Origin: Macrostomum lignano
Taxonomy: Eukaryota
Reading direction: 5' to 3'
Length of the DNA stretch: 64,000 nt
Assembly (NCBI GenBank): GCA_002269645.1
Contig: NIVC01000593.1
Span: 119,454 to 183,453, forward strand
The translations under genes were made by a program, and so were the position numbers. Under the pieces are notes generated by a model. It had not been told where the DNA came from, ran no database searches, and saw only the letters and a program-made list of their open reading frames with translations. Below, one piece after another: positions 1-31,323 of this stretch. Position 1 is the stretch's first letter, and each line of letters begins with the position of its first letter.

Positions 1-19219
<19,219 letters not shown>

Positions 19220-20602
19220 GAGGGACGAGGGGGGTTGGAGAGGAACCGAGGGAGCGTCGCCCTCTCGTCTAACTTCTCCAATTGCTATACGAGTATTTAA
19301 GATAACAGAGGGAGCCTTTGAGCGTCTGTTTGGTGCATCGAATGGTAAAATATCTCAGTTAAAGCAGGGCTGAAGCGGATCAACTTATGCATAAGTGAAA
19401 GGGAAAATGGCCAGCTAACTTGAGGTGGCTGCCCTCCTGAGCCCTGGCATAGGCTGTCCAGCCATTCAGATAAATGTCCATTCCTCTCTCAGCCTGTAGA
19501 TTGCGCGCCTGCACCCACCCCACCGATCTGTGCGGCAAAGCGCAAGGCATGGCATTGCACACAGCCTTGGGGGCGCGCTTTCTTGGAACAAAAACACAGA
19601 CACAAAATCTGTTTCTTTTTTCGTCTCTGTCCATCTTTTCTGTTGTCTCTCTTCTTTCGCAAAAGAAGACGAAGAAGAAACCTATTAGTCTGGTCTGGGG
19701 TAAAAAGTGATGCTTAATTACGATTAAACGCTTTAGCTAGAGGGCTGCATTTGGGCGCTGGTGATGAATGCGGTTAAATGGCATCATTTTGCCTTGCGAT
19801 ATTTCTTATGCAAATGCGATCTCCACATCTTGCTGTGCAGTATTTTTTATATAGTCTAAATATTCTTGAAATGTTTACACACTGTTAGACTAAGATGTGA
19901 CTTTTGGGCGAACTACAAGTTTTTGTTTGTTCAAATTTGCACAGCAGATCTCAATCTGTAGCTACGAGCTTGGCTTGCTGTTGAATCAGCAGTCACCTTA
20001 TGCGTCACACATTTGCTGTGACGCAAAGATTTAGTACTATATAGCTGGTGTTGCACTCGGTCGAATCCATGCAGACTTCGATTGGAAACTTGCGATAAGG
20101 CGCTCTTCCTGTACAAGATTTCTCCTGTACATGTGTACATGTACGGTCTCCTAGTCTACACAGAAGCATGCAAACTGTCCTGCTGGGTTAAATGCAGTTT
20201 AAAGCGTAGATTATACAGCATGCTTGTTGCTGTGTTCAAAGCAGAAACACTGCATAATGTGAATCTATTTGCTGAACTATCTTAATGGCCAAATATGAAC
20301 TGTCGGTGGGGGCTTATCTTTATATCGTCCAATACAAGTTTGTTTTACTTTTTTCTCATACATAGAATTGGAACTGGCCCCCTTTTGCAATTTTATTGAC
20401 TGCATAGTTTGTTTACTAGTTAGTTTATTACCTGCAGGTTAGTAGAGTTATGCCCAAGCAGCTGCTATTTAATAAATTAGGATCTAGAATATTAAAACTA
20501 CTGACTACAATTATTGATTTCTCTGTCTGCAATCTATGCATTAATGTACATGCATGGTTCGACGATCCACTCAGCAAAATTGAAAATCGTCATAATCATT
20601 AA

Positions 20603-21034
20603 CAGGGACGTCGCCAACGCCCCTCGTCGCCAACGGGGGGGGGAAGGGGGGACATGTCCCCCTCCTAGTAAAATATCTGGCGGGGACATGCCAATGCTTT
20701 GTCCCTTCCACCCCACCTTGTGACCCGTTATGGAAATCAATAATTTTTCTGCAGGGCGACAAAATGTAGCGCAACAATGGGTGCCTGCGGCGCCAAAATG
20801 AGTGCCTGCGACGCCAAAATGAGTGCCTGCGGCGCTAAAATGAGTGCCTGCGGCGCCAAAATGAGTGCCTGCAGCGCCAAAATGAGTGCCTGCGGCGCCA
20901 AAATGAGTGCCTGCGGCGCCAAACTGAGTGCGGACAACACCGATTCTGAAAAAAATGTACATGTAGGAATTTTGTCATGTACATGTACATGTATAATTGT
21001 TGGCTTTGTCCCCCACAACATGACGACGCCCCTG
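20603..21034. mobile_element. hAT-type MITE copy 1 (432 bp) with internal 21-bp repeats
   Basis: TIRs are CAGGGACGTCG ... CGACGCCCCTG. An exact 8-bp TSD ATCATTAA lies on both sides (20595-20602, 21035-21042). About 7 internal ATGAGTGCCTGCGGCGCCAAA units. Confidence 0.88.
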
Positions 21035-22177
21035 ATCATTAAAATAAATTTAGAAACCTCATAGATGCTCCAAAAAAACTGCAGTCATGTGACCGTATAC
21101 TTTTTATTTGTTTGTACATGTACAACGTCTGGCTGTCTGGCTGACCTCACAATATATGAGGGAATTTTATGGTTTTGAAATTATCTCAGAAATATTTATA
21201 ACTCGACGACGTAATTAGCATGCAGCTGGGCCCGAAATCGGCCGCCTGGAATTGAATTTTAGATTTCACCAGCTGAGAAAAAGCTAACTCTGCCCTCTCG
21301 ATCAATCTCTATACAGTGGCACGAAAATTTTCTTGATATTTTATTATTCATAGAGCTAGCTATCATGTACCAAATGTAAGTATGTGCAAAATACATGTAC
21401 AACTGTTGCTTTATACAATAATATTTCCCGCGGGCTCTTTAGTAAAACCGTCATCGTCAAGAAAAGCGGAGAGGAAGAAATCATCACTAAAGTTAGCTCC
21501 CGGCTCCCGGCTTCCCACCCCGTTCAACAACAACAAATTTAACAATCGCTGGAAACTTGCAGTACATAAATCGACACAATAAAGATAGCATTACACATGA
21601 TAGTTCTTTGAATCGTCCCTTTTCGTATCATGAACATCAAAAACTGAGAATTGGAAAAGTCCCAAATGCGCTCTATTATTTCAGACAGCTATATGTACAA
21701 AAAATATATCAATATCCAACCCTTGCTTACATAGGAAAAATTGCTTACAGGATTTTTTACGATTTTAAACAGATTTTGCTCATTTACGAGGGTGCCGCTT
21801 TATCAATATTTCCAAGTTATGAGATATCATTGAATTAGAGCAATCTTTGCAAAAATATTTTAATTTCACTGACCAAATGAAATATCTAATACAAATAATT
21901 ATCGAGGTCGAAAAAATTCTTAGATTATCCTAACACCGGGAAATTTTACTTAGTGTAGTTTAACAATTTTTTCTTTAAATGACAGTAAGAGAGAAATACA
22001 AAGTTTTCAGTAAAACACATACTAAATTATTATTGTTAATAAACTATACTTTTAAATATTTTTTTGTTTTTTACATATAATAATGTTTATACTATTTACT
22101 TTTAACAGTGGAATTCTTTCTTTTATTTTTGCATTCGTGCATACAATTTCCATCTTGAACACAAGGCTCAGACCCTA

Positions 22178-22189
22178 GTTTCTAGTAAT
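22178..22189 (+). promoter_or_regulatory. Possible RFX X-box-like site upstream of WDR35
   Basis: GTTTCTAGTAAT, 28-39 bp before the ATG, is an imperfect match to GTTNCY-RGYAAC. IFT genes are typical RFX targets. Confidence 0.25.
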
Positions 22190-22216
22190 CGTCATTCTAC
22201 AGTTTCAGTTACCGAA

Positions 22217-25200
22217 ATGTTTGTTTACTTGAGTAAAAAGGTAAAAATATCTACAGAAATTGCTTTTTGGTTTCTTTGGAAATGTATTGACAATTATGCA
22301 AAGCATCTTAGTTTTCGGTGCTCAGTTATTTTGCTAGATAATTCTATTTTATATCCAAGTGTTCGCTCGTAAAGTTGAAGGATTCTAGAATTTCTGTTTA
22401 TTTTTTTCATGTCATTTGATAGTACATTTTTCTTAACAAAAGTGCCTCACATCGGAAAAAATTCTAACATAAAAATAAAAACTTGCAAAATCATCATCAT
22501 GTAAAAGCTATGTATTTTTGAATTTCAAATAACCAATAAAAATATTTTTCAGAAAAAATATAAAGTTGTTATCACTTAAAATTTTCTTCAACAGATTGCA
22601 ATACCAAACAATGTGAAGCTGCAGTCACTGTCATGGAACAAGGAGAATGGCTACCTCGCATGTGGTGGAGATGATGGGCTTCTGAAGATTTTGAAGTTAG
22701 AGTCACAGCCAGGTCATTTTTAAACTGCAGAGTTTAACAAGTTTGTTTACATTTAAATTGAAAATTTTTGACTAATAAATGCTAAAAAATAATAAATACA
22801 ATATTAAGTACTATTCAAAATGGACAAATAAAACTTACTTTTAGTTAACAACAGACTTTACCTTTTATGTGCTTAAAATTCCACTTGCTTTTTGTTGAGA
22901 TATAATTTTAGGTACTCTGAAAAAAAGATACGTGCTGTTAATAACGATTTATACGCTTGTAAATACTGTATTTCTACATGTATGCATAGCGCAAAAACTG
23001 AAATGATAAAAAAAATTATTATTGATATATACTGAGTAAACAAATAATTTAAAATATCATGAGAAAGATTTAAAGTGTAAAAATAACTAACCTTAACTCT
23101 GGAAACATATCGCACACCACATATAGACGGTCGAGTCAAGGGCCTGGCAGCGCCCAGCAACCTGACCATGAACCAGAGCCTGGAGGGCCACAGCGGCGGC
23201 GTGCACACCATCGCCTGGAACGAGGGCCACCAGAAGATCACCACCAGCGACACCAACGGCCTCATCATCGTGTGGATGTTCTACAAATCCTCCTGGTACG
23301 AGGAGATGATCAAGAACAGCCGATCGCAGGTCTGCGACATGAAGTGGAACATGGAAGGCCAGAAGATCTGCATCGCCTACGAGGACGGCTCCGTGATTGT
23401 CGGCTCAGTGGACGGCAACAGGATCTGGGGCAAGGAGCTCAAGCTCAATCTCAAGGCGGTCGCTTGGTCGCCAGACAGCAAAATTATCCTGTTTGGCATG
23501 AAGAATGGCGATATTCATATCTACGACCACACGGGCAACTCTGTGGTGCGTTGAGATACTGATTTTGTAATTAATACTCGCATAGATACATAAAGTAGCT
23601 AAACTCCGGGGAGCTCAATGGGACATGTCCCCCAGTAAAAGCTATGGGGATGGGGGACATGCCAATGCTTTGTCCCCCCACCCCACCTTAATTGTGACCC
23701 GTTATGGAAATCAATCATTTTCTTTAGGGCAACAAAATATAGCGCCTGCGGCACCAAAATGAGCGCCAGCGCGACGCTAAAATGAGGGCTGACAACACCG
23801 GTTCTCAAAATAATGTACATGTAGGAATTTAGTCATGTACATGCTGAAATTCTTGGATTTGTCCCCCCCCCCACCACCACAAAATCCATAGGGGCGACGC
23901 CCCTGGCTAAACTGCTTATAAATTAGCAGAAAATGCAGCTTTCTATAATTCTGTTTGAAATTTCTGGCCAGGTTTAATGTCGGAACTAACGAATCTTCAA
24001 TGTCTGACGCCTACTCACAACTCTCATGCCGCACTCATCGCCCTGGTTACAGTGCCGAATGGAAGTCCCCAAAACCGGACCGGAGCTCGCGGGCATCAGC
24101 TGGTTCAGCAACCGCCTCCTTGCCCGCCCGGAGGTGCCCACCCCTTGTCTGGCCATTGCCTTCACCAACGGTCGCCTGCTGCTGCTACGTGACGAAGCCG
24201 ACGACCGGCCAATCGAGCTGGACACCCGGCTCCGCCTGAGGGCCTTCAACTGGAGCCACGACGGCTCCCTGCTGGCCTGCGCCGGCCATCTGGCCAGCCA
24301 GAAGGACACCGACAAGGATGTCAACACGGTGAAGTTCTATTCGTCTAACGGTGAACACCTGCGCACGCTGAAGGTGCCTGGAAACGACATTACAGCCTGC
24401 ACCTGGGAGGGCGGCTCCCTCAGAATCGCGCTGGCGGTGGACAGCTTCATCTATTTTGCCAACGTGAGGCCGCGTTACCGTTGGGCCTATTGCGGCAACA
24501 CAGTTGTGTACGCTTACAACAGGCCGGACCGGGTGGAGAACTGCGTCGTATTCTGGGATACAAAAAACAACCTGCGCTTCATCAAGTACATCGCCGGTGT
24601 GACTCATGTAGCCGCGGCTGGCGAGTATTGCTGCATCGCTCACAAGCCTGAGCAGGAGACGGTTGCAGCTGTTGAATCGGGCGCCGGCAAGTGCACCCTG
24701 GTGCTGTGCAACGCCATTGGGACGCCGTTGGATACTCGCGATCTGGACATGGACGCTGAACAGGTTGCCATGACGGCTAGTCACGTGGTGGTAGCCTCAG
24801 ATAGGGCCGTTTACACCTGGCAGTTCAAGGATCCAAAACAGCTGGCAGTAATGGAGGTTAGCGAAAAGCGCAAGGCCGGAGCGGAGAAGCTGTTCCATAT
24901 CGATGAAGGCGCGCCAGCCGAAGGCGAGGGCTTGAATTTTACGCGAGTTAATGAGAAGGTATGTTAATTGTTTATGGTTATGTCTAAGGCCGGTCCTGTG
25001 TAGTTTGAATACTAATATTAAAGTTAATAATAGTCTATGACCAAGTACTATATTATTATTAATAGTCTATGGCCAAGTACTATATTATCATTAATAGTCT
25101 ATGGCCAAGTACTATATTAACATTAATAGCCTATGGCCAAGTACTATATTAACATTAATAGCCTATGGCCAAGTACTATATTAGCATTAATAGCCTATGG

Positions 25201-28200
25201 CCAAGTACTACGAGCCATGGAAGTCTATGATCTTTTGCACAGAGGAATTTCTTCTAATACTGATTAGCCTTCAGTAGTCTCGAAAAGACTCTATCGCATA
25301 TCCTGAAATATTCCAGGAGATACGCGACAGAATCTGTGCTGTAGGCGTCAGCGCCAAACTTGTGGTGATTGCGCGCGAATCCGGCGCCGTCCTACAATTC
25401 GGTCTTCCCTCGATGGCGCTCGAAGTTCGGCACAGGCTTGAGTGCACGCCCTACGAGCTGCAGGTTAACTGCAATAGCACGTGAGAGCTTTTACAACTCG
25501 ATTATGCTTGAATATGGAACCTTGAACCGGATTCTATGGTTATCTGCAGCTAATCTCCCCAAATGTTTCTCCTACTAAAAGAGATCATCACTGACTTTTA
25601 CTGTTCACAGCTCGAGTTTAAGGAAACATGGGTGCTGCACAGGATCCCTAAGGGGGGTCAAGTGGCTAGTCTTTAGCACTAAAATGACTTTTTAATTTTA
25701 CCACCTTTCTGCGTCTGATCAATGAACTGCAAAAGTTGATATATGAACTTTGTGATCCCAAACCATCGCTGACCTCATCGACCACCTTGAAACTCTGCAG
25801 CCGGCTCGCCATCATCGACCAGAGCGGAGTTCTCACCTTCTTCGACCTCGAAAAGGCGGCCGCAGCGACAGCTCCCCCGAAGGACCAAGAGCAGGGAGCG
25901 TCGTCACTGCCGCAGACATTCGAGCGCAAAGACGTCTGGCACATGCGATTCGCTGAAGACAATCCCGACTTGTTCGCCTTCATGGAAAAGACCAGAATGT
26001 ACGTGATGAAGGGCCTGGAGGTTGAGGAGCCAGTGTCCAGCTCAGCTTACCTGTGCCAGTTCAAGGATCTGGAGATCAAAGGCGTACTATTAGACGAGAT
26101 TCTCAAAGACTGCCCGAGCAGTCCCAGCCAGGACTACCTGCTAGACATGGAGGTGAAAGCGTTGAGGGATATGCGAGACCTCACTGAGAAGTCGGGCATT
26201 GAGCAGAGCTTGAAATTTGTTGAAGAGCATCCTCATCCGAGGCTGTGGCGCCTGCTGGCAGAGTGTGCTCTGGAACGGCAGAACCTGCAGGTGAAACTTA
26301 GCTTTAAATGTTTGCTTTTGATGCAACATGCTTTCTAAGTACATGCACGACGACTCTTTCCTCAGTGAAGGGAAGTACTTTACCAGGAAAGTTCAAGTGA
26401 AAAGGATGTGTTTTCTAGGAAAGCAAAAAAACGGGCGTAATTTCCTGAAAAAATAAATGGATTGTAAGAAGCTTTTGTGTCCGAGAAGTTTGAATGGATA
26501 TTTTTACGGAAAATCAAAAGCGGTGTGCTTTCCTGGAAAGTGAAAAATGTGCTTTCCTGGAAAGTGAAAGGATGTGCTTTTCTAGAAAGGGAAAGGGATA
26601 TGCTTTCTTGGTAAGTGGAAGGGATATGCTTTCCTGAAAAGGGAAAGGGGTGTGCTTTCTAAGAAAGTGAAAAATTCTTTTGACATAGTTCTCCGAAATG
26701 TGCTCACGATTGTCTTGCCTGCCCTTTGCCGGCACTCCAGGTCGCGGAGCAAGCCTACGTGAAATGCCGCGACTACGCCGGCGTCCAGCTGATCAAGCGG
26801 CTGCAGAATCTGACCAGCGACCAGCTGCGCAAAGCCGAAGTCGCCGTCCATTTTGGTCGATTCGAAGCCGCCGAAGAGATCTATTTGAAAGCCGATCGCA
26901 AGGACCTGGCCGTGGAGCTCTGTCGCACAGTTGGCGACTGGTTCCGCCTGGTGCAGCTGGTCAAGTCCAGCACAGGCGCCGGGACAGACGCAGTGCTGAT
27001 GGAAGCCTGGGAGGCGCTGGGCGATCACTACAGCGACAGGCAGAGCTGGCAGCTGGCCATAGACTATTATGCTCAGGCCCAGAAGGAGGAGAAGCTGGCC
27101 GAGAGCTACTACCTGTTGGAGGACTACCAGAATCTGGAGAAGGTGTCCCTGCAGCTGCCAGACAATCACAAGCTGCTACCTCAGCTGGCTGCAAAGTTTG
27201 CCGCCATCGGCATGGGCGATCAGGCCGTGTCAGCTTACATCCGCTGCGGTCTGGTCAAGGACGCTATCAACACCTGCGTACAGCTGAACCAGTGGACAAC
27301 CGCAATCGAGCTGGCTAAGCAGCACAATTTGCGCGATATTGACGCACTGCTGACCCAGTACGCCAACCACCTGCTGGATAAGAACAAGCTGGTTAATGCT
27401 GTTGAGCTCTACAGGAAGGCTGGTCATTTTCTTGAGGCTGCGAAGTATATGCACAAGGTTTGTATTGGCTGCGGACTGCTAATCTACTCGCTGACCGAAT
27501 TCTTGGAAACCATTGATTAAAATACCCTACTGACAAACAGACCCCTACTGACAAACAGACCCTACTGACAAACAGACCCTACTGACAAACAGACCCTACT
27601 GACAAACAGACCCTACTGACAGACAATACAGATGAAAATGTGAAACCAACAAATATTCTGATCGCACTTAACCTCCGCAGCTCACAATGGACGAAGTGAA
27701 GAAAGGCAGTTCGCCAATGAAGATCAAGAAGATGTTCGTACTGGTTGGCATGCTCATTGAACAGTACCACGAGCAGAGCAAGACTCAGGCTAAGTCTAAA
27801 GCCAAGTCAAAGAGAGGCGGCAATGAGGTTTGTTATTTGTGTTATAACGCGTGCGTATCTATAACAAACTTAAATTGATATGGTTGCATTGATTGAATGA
27901 TACTGTGCCATTTTATGGAATTTTTCACCGGCTTGAGTGAAATTTCGGAATCTCTTTATTATAGAGCCATGAGCCATAGAAAAAAATATATCAACTAACG
28001 TCATAGACTACAGAAGCGTCTTTATTTTATTGGGCTAGGTCATTTAAATACTATTCTTTAGTCTATGGCTGGGCCCAACCGGGGAATGGATACGCTTCTG
28101 TAGTCTATGGCCGGGCCGAATTGAAAATAAATACGTTTTGCAGTCTATGGCCGAGCCCAAGTGGGGAATAAATACGTTTCTGTAGTCTATGGCCGAGCCC

Positions 28201-30134
28201 AAGTGGGGAATAAATACGTTTTGCAGTCTATGGCCGAGCCCAAGTGGGGAATAAATACGTTTTGCAGTCTATGGCCGAGCCCAAGTGGGGAATAAATACG
28301 TTTCAGTAGTCTATGGCCGGGCTCAAGTGGGGAATAAATACGTTTCTGTAGTCTATGGCCGAGCCCAAGTGGGGAATAAATACGTTTCTGTAGTCTATGG
28401 CCGGGCTCAAGTGGGGAATAAATACGTTTCTGTAGTCTATGGCCGGGCTCAAGTAAGGACTAACTTATACTTAAACTTGTCAGTTTAACTTGTCAGCCCC
28501 AGGGCTACTCGTCGCGTATATGCAATTTCCACTGCGTCACTCTTTCAGGCAAGCACGGCTCTTGCCGGTCTCCTAGAAGAAGACACCGAAGCAGTTGATA
28601 GCCGGCTAATGGACGGAGCTTGGCGCGGAGCGGAGGCTTATCATTTCTACCTGCTGGCCCAGAGGCAGCTGTACGCCAACTATAACGACGCAGCGATGCA
28701 CACGGCAATGGTGTTGAGGGACTATGAGGACATCCTGCCGGCTAGGAATATCTACTCGCTAATTGGTGAGTTGTATTTCTAATTGATCAGAGTATTTTAT
28801 TTCAATGACTAATTGAGTAGAAGGACGGCAAACATTGTTTCTTATAAAAAGTTTGGGGCGCGATTGGAAGCAGACCAGATGCTTACAACAAGCCTGGCTT
28901 ATTGCTATGTTGATTTTTGTAATGCTTTATTTGTGGAAATAATAAATCCTACTTTCTTGACTGCAAAGTCCAACATTGCTTCAAGACTTTGGTGGGTCGC
29001 ATCGCAAATCTCTCTATCGCCTACTGAAGAGTAGTGAAACACGAATACGTAGCAAATATCTTGTGAAAAATTACTCCTAATATCCCAGTTGAAAAAAATA
29101 TTTCCAGCTCTATGCGCGTGCGCCAATCGAGCTTTCGGCACCTGTTCTAAAGCCTTCATCAAGCTGGAGACGCTGAACGGAGCCACCGAGGCTGAACTGG
29201 ACGAGTACAGGGAGTTGGCCACCGAGATATTCAACCGGTATAGCCCTAAGGATCAGCGAACGCAACAGGAGCTGGAGCTGGAAGCTTTAATGGAAGGGTA
29301 AGGCTGGTAGGGCTTCACTTCCTTATCTTTATTTCAACCCCACTCTGTCTCTCAACCCCTGTACCCTAGCAGCCACCTCACTCCCCGCGCTTTGATTCAA
29401 TTCCTTATCTCCTCCCACTCTGTCTCTCAACCCCTGTACCCTAGCAGCCACCTCACTCCCCGCGCTTTGATTCAATTCCTTATCTCCTCCCACTCTGTCT
29501 CTCAGCCCCGCACTCTAGCAGCCACCTCACTCCCCGCGCTTTGATTCAATCCCTTTTCTCCACCCGCTCTGTCTCTCAACCCCTGTACCCTAGCGGCCAT
29601 CTCACTCCCCGCGCTTTGATTCAATTCCTTATCTCCACCCGCTCTGTCTCTCAACCCCTGTACCCTAGCAGCCACCTCACTCCCCGCGCTTTGATTCAAT
29701 TCCTTATCTCCTCCCACTCTGTCTCTCAGCCCCGCACTCTAGCAGCCACCTCACTCCCCGCGCTTTGATTCAATCCCTTTTCTCCACCCGCTCTGTCTCT
29801 CAACCCCTGTACCCTAGCGGCCATCTCACTCCCCGCGCTTTGATTCAATTCCTTATCTCCACCCGCTCTGTCTCTCAACCCCTGTACCCTAGCAGCCACC
29901 TCACTCCCCGCGCTTTGATTCAATTCCTTACCTCCATTTCTACCCCACTCTGATTCCACTGATTGAATAACACGCATCTCAATCTGCAGCGAAAGCAAGA
30001 TTCCAATCTGCATAGTTACTGGCCAAGCGATCACGAGTTATCAGTTCTGGATGTGCCCGATGTGCAAGCACAGCGCAGGTGAAAACGAGATAGCCAGACT
30101 GAAGCATTGCCCGCTGTGCCACAATGTCATCTAA
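22217..30134 (+). CDS. WDR35: WD repeat-containing protein 35 / IFT121 (IFT-A complex), complete
   Basis: Eleven exons: 22217-22240, 22595-22712, 23127-23545, 24053-24958, 25317-25480, 25801-26290, 26741-27457, 27681-27827, 28549-28765, 29108-29297, 29990-30134. Total 3537 nt, 1178 aa. The N-terminus MFVYLSKK|[36 protein letters not shown] and [17 protein letters not shown] are diagnostic for WDR35. The C-terminus has the zinc-finger tail [22 protein letters not shown]...HCPLCH. Confidence 0.96.
23606..23905. mobile_element. hAT-type MITE copy 2 (300 bp) in WDR35 intron 3
   Basis: Same internal sequence as copy 1 (GGGGACATGCCAATGCTTTGTCCC, GTGACCCGTTATGGAAATCAAT). Right TIR is CGACGCCCCTG and the left TIR is degenerate. 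The exact 8-bp TSD is GCTAAACT (23598-23605, 23906-23913). Confidence 0.85.
25030..25210. repeat. 32-bp minisatellite (WDR35 intron 4)
   Basis: TTAATAGCCTATGGCCAAGTACTATATTAACA-type units, about 6 copies. Confidence 0.9.
27525..27625. repeat. 17-bp minisatellite CCCTACTGACAAACAGA (WDR35 intron 7)
   Basis: About 6 copies. Confidence 0.9.
28060..28455. repeat. 42-bp minisatellite (WDR35 intron 8)
   Basis: About 9 units of GTCTATGGCCGAGCCCAAGTGGGGAATAAATACGTTTCTGTA. Confidence 0.93.
29335..29935. repeat. 75-bp minisatellite (WDR35 intron 10)
   Basis: About 8 units beginning CACTCTGTCTCTCAACCCCTGTACCCTAGCAGCCACC. Confidence 0.93.
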
Positions 30135-30678
30135 TTGGCTACAAATTCTACGCTACTCGCAGCAGTAGTGCGGATGTAACGATTCAATGACTCGATTCGA
30201 TAAACAGCTTTTTAATATTTTCTTCAGTCTTTGCTCGTTTATTTATTTAACTTGCTTTCTGTTGTCAGTCTGTGCATGAGAGAAAATGCAAAATTATTTA
30301 ACAATTGGAAATAGTGAACCTTTTAAATATTGGGATTAACAAATAATAAACTTACTCCGTCCCTCTCTACTTGATTTCTTTCTTAATTTTAAATAAAGGC
30401 TTTTTTTCAAATTGGCAAAAAGTTTGCAAAAACGAAAAGCAGACATCTAAAAAATACATGAACCTGAACAAACTTTTGTTTCTATTCATTATTTTACAAA
30501 CAATAGTAAAGCGTTATTTAAAAAAGTGGTAGAATGAAGTTAAAAATGTCCATGTGATGAGGACGCACTTTTTCCCAAACTTCACGCTCGCACATGGGCT
30601 CCAAACTTGCTAGCCTACTAACGGCAGGCTATGGGCATTTTTTGCTCTTTTTGTAATTTTCATAGAATTCATACTATG

Positions 30679-31202
30679 GCTTTTTGCGTTCTAGTTTGGA
30701 CTGCGGGCTGTTAATTTGGACACAGAGTTGAGCAAAGCCCAGAGAATGCTGGCTAGTCTATGGCACAAACCAGAAGCAACTGACGGGCTTTTAAATTCGA
30801 CAGCGGGCACAAATTTGGACAGTCTTTTCCTTCCCCTTTCTCTTGCATGTTTTTTCTTGAGCCAGAGCACAAAGTACACGACGAGTTTTTTAGAAGGAAG
30901 AAACAGGCTCTGACAATGCAAGAGTCTTAAAGTTTAAAGTTTTAGAAAATTGTATCTAACGGTTTGGATAAGTTCAATGTTTGGGTCAAATATACAGATT
31001 CATAAGCTACCCTCAAAAACTGACTACTGTCGTTCTTAACTTTGATCTTCTTGTCTTCTGTGTCCAAATTTGTGCCCGCTGTCGAATTTAAAAGCCCGTC
31101 AGTTGCTTCTGGTTTGTGCCATAGACTAGCCAGCATTCTCTGGGCTTTGCTCAACTCTGTGTCCAAATTAAAAGCCACAGTCCAAACTAGAACGCAAAAA
31201 GC
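30679..31202. mobile_element. Foldback/MITE-like element with about 143-bp inverted arms
   Basis: Arm 30679-30821 is the near-perfect reverse complement of 31061-31202, with a 239-bp spacer. The same pseudo-peptide (DTELSKAQRMLASLWHKPEATDG) appears on both strands in the ORF track. Each arm holds repeated AATTTGGACA motifs. Confidence 0.8.
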
Positions 31203-31258
31203 TATATATAGTAGAACTTTCGCAGCTATTTGATTTTTTGAGTTATAACAAATCGGCT

Positions 31259-31323
31259 CAGCCAATCAGCGTCGAGGTGTTTCATTTATAACAAACTTCG
31301 GTCCAGTTGGCGGCTATAAAAAC
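31259..31323 (+). promoter_or_regulatory. CCAAT + TATA promoter-like arrangement
   Basis: CAGCCAATCAGC at about 31259 and CTATAAAAA at about 31315, followed by a GC-richer leader-like tract with no ORF. Confidence 0.35.

Noticed and set aside
28060-29935. Regularly spaced 42-bp and 75-bp repeats as possible CRISPR arrays
   Set aside because: Units are contiguous with no unique spacers, lie in spliceosomal introns, and there are no cas genes.
30716-31265. Duplicated peptide MDTELSKAQRMLASLWHK on both strands as a gene pair
   Set aside because: Artefact of the inverted arms of a foldback element.
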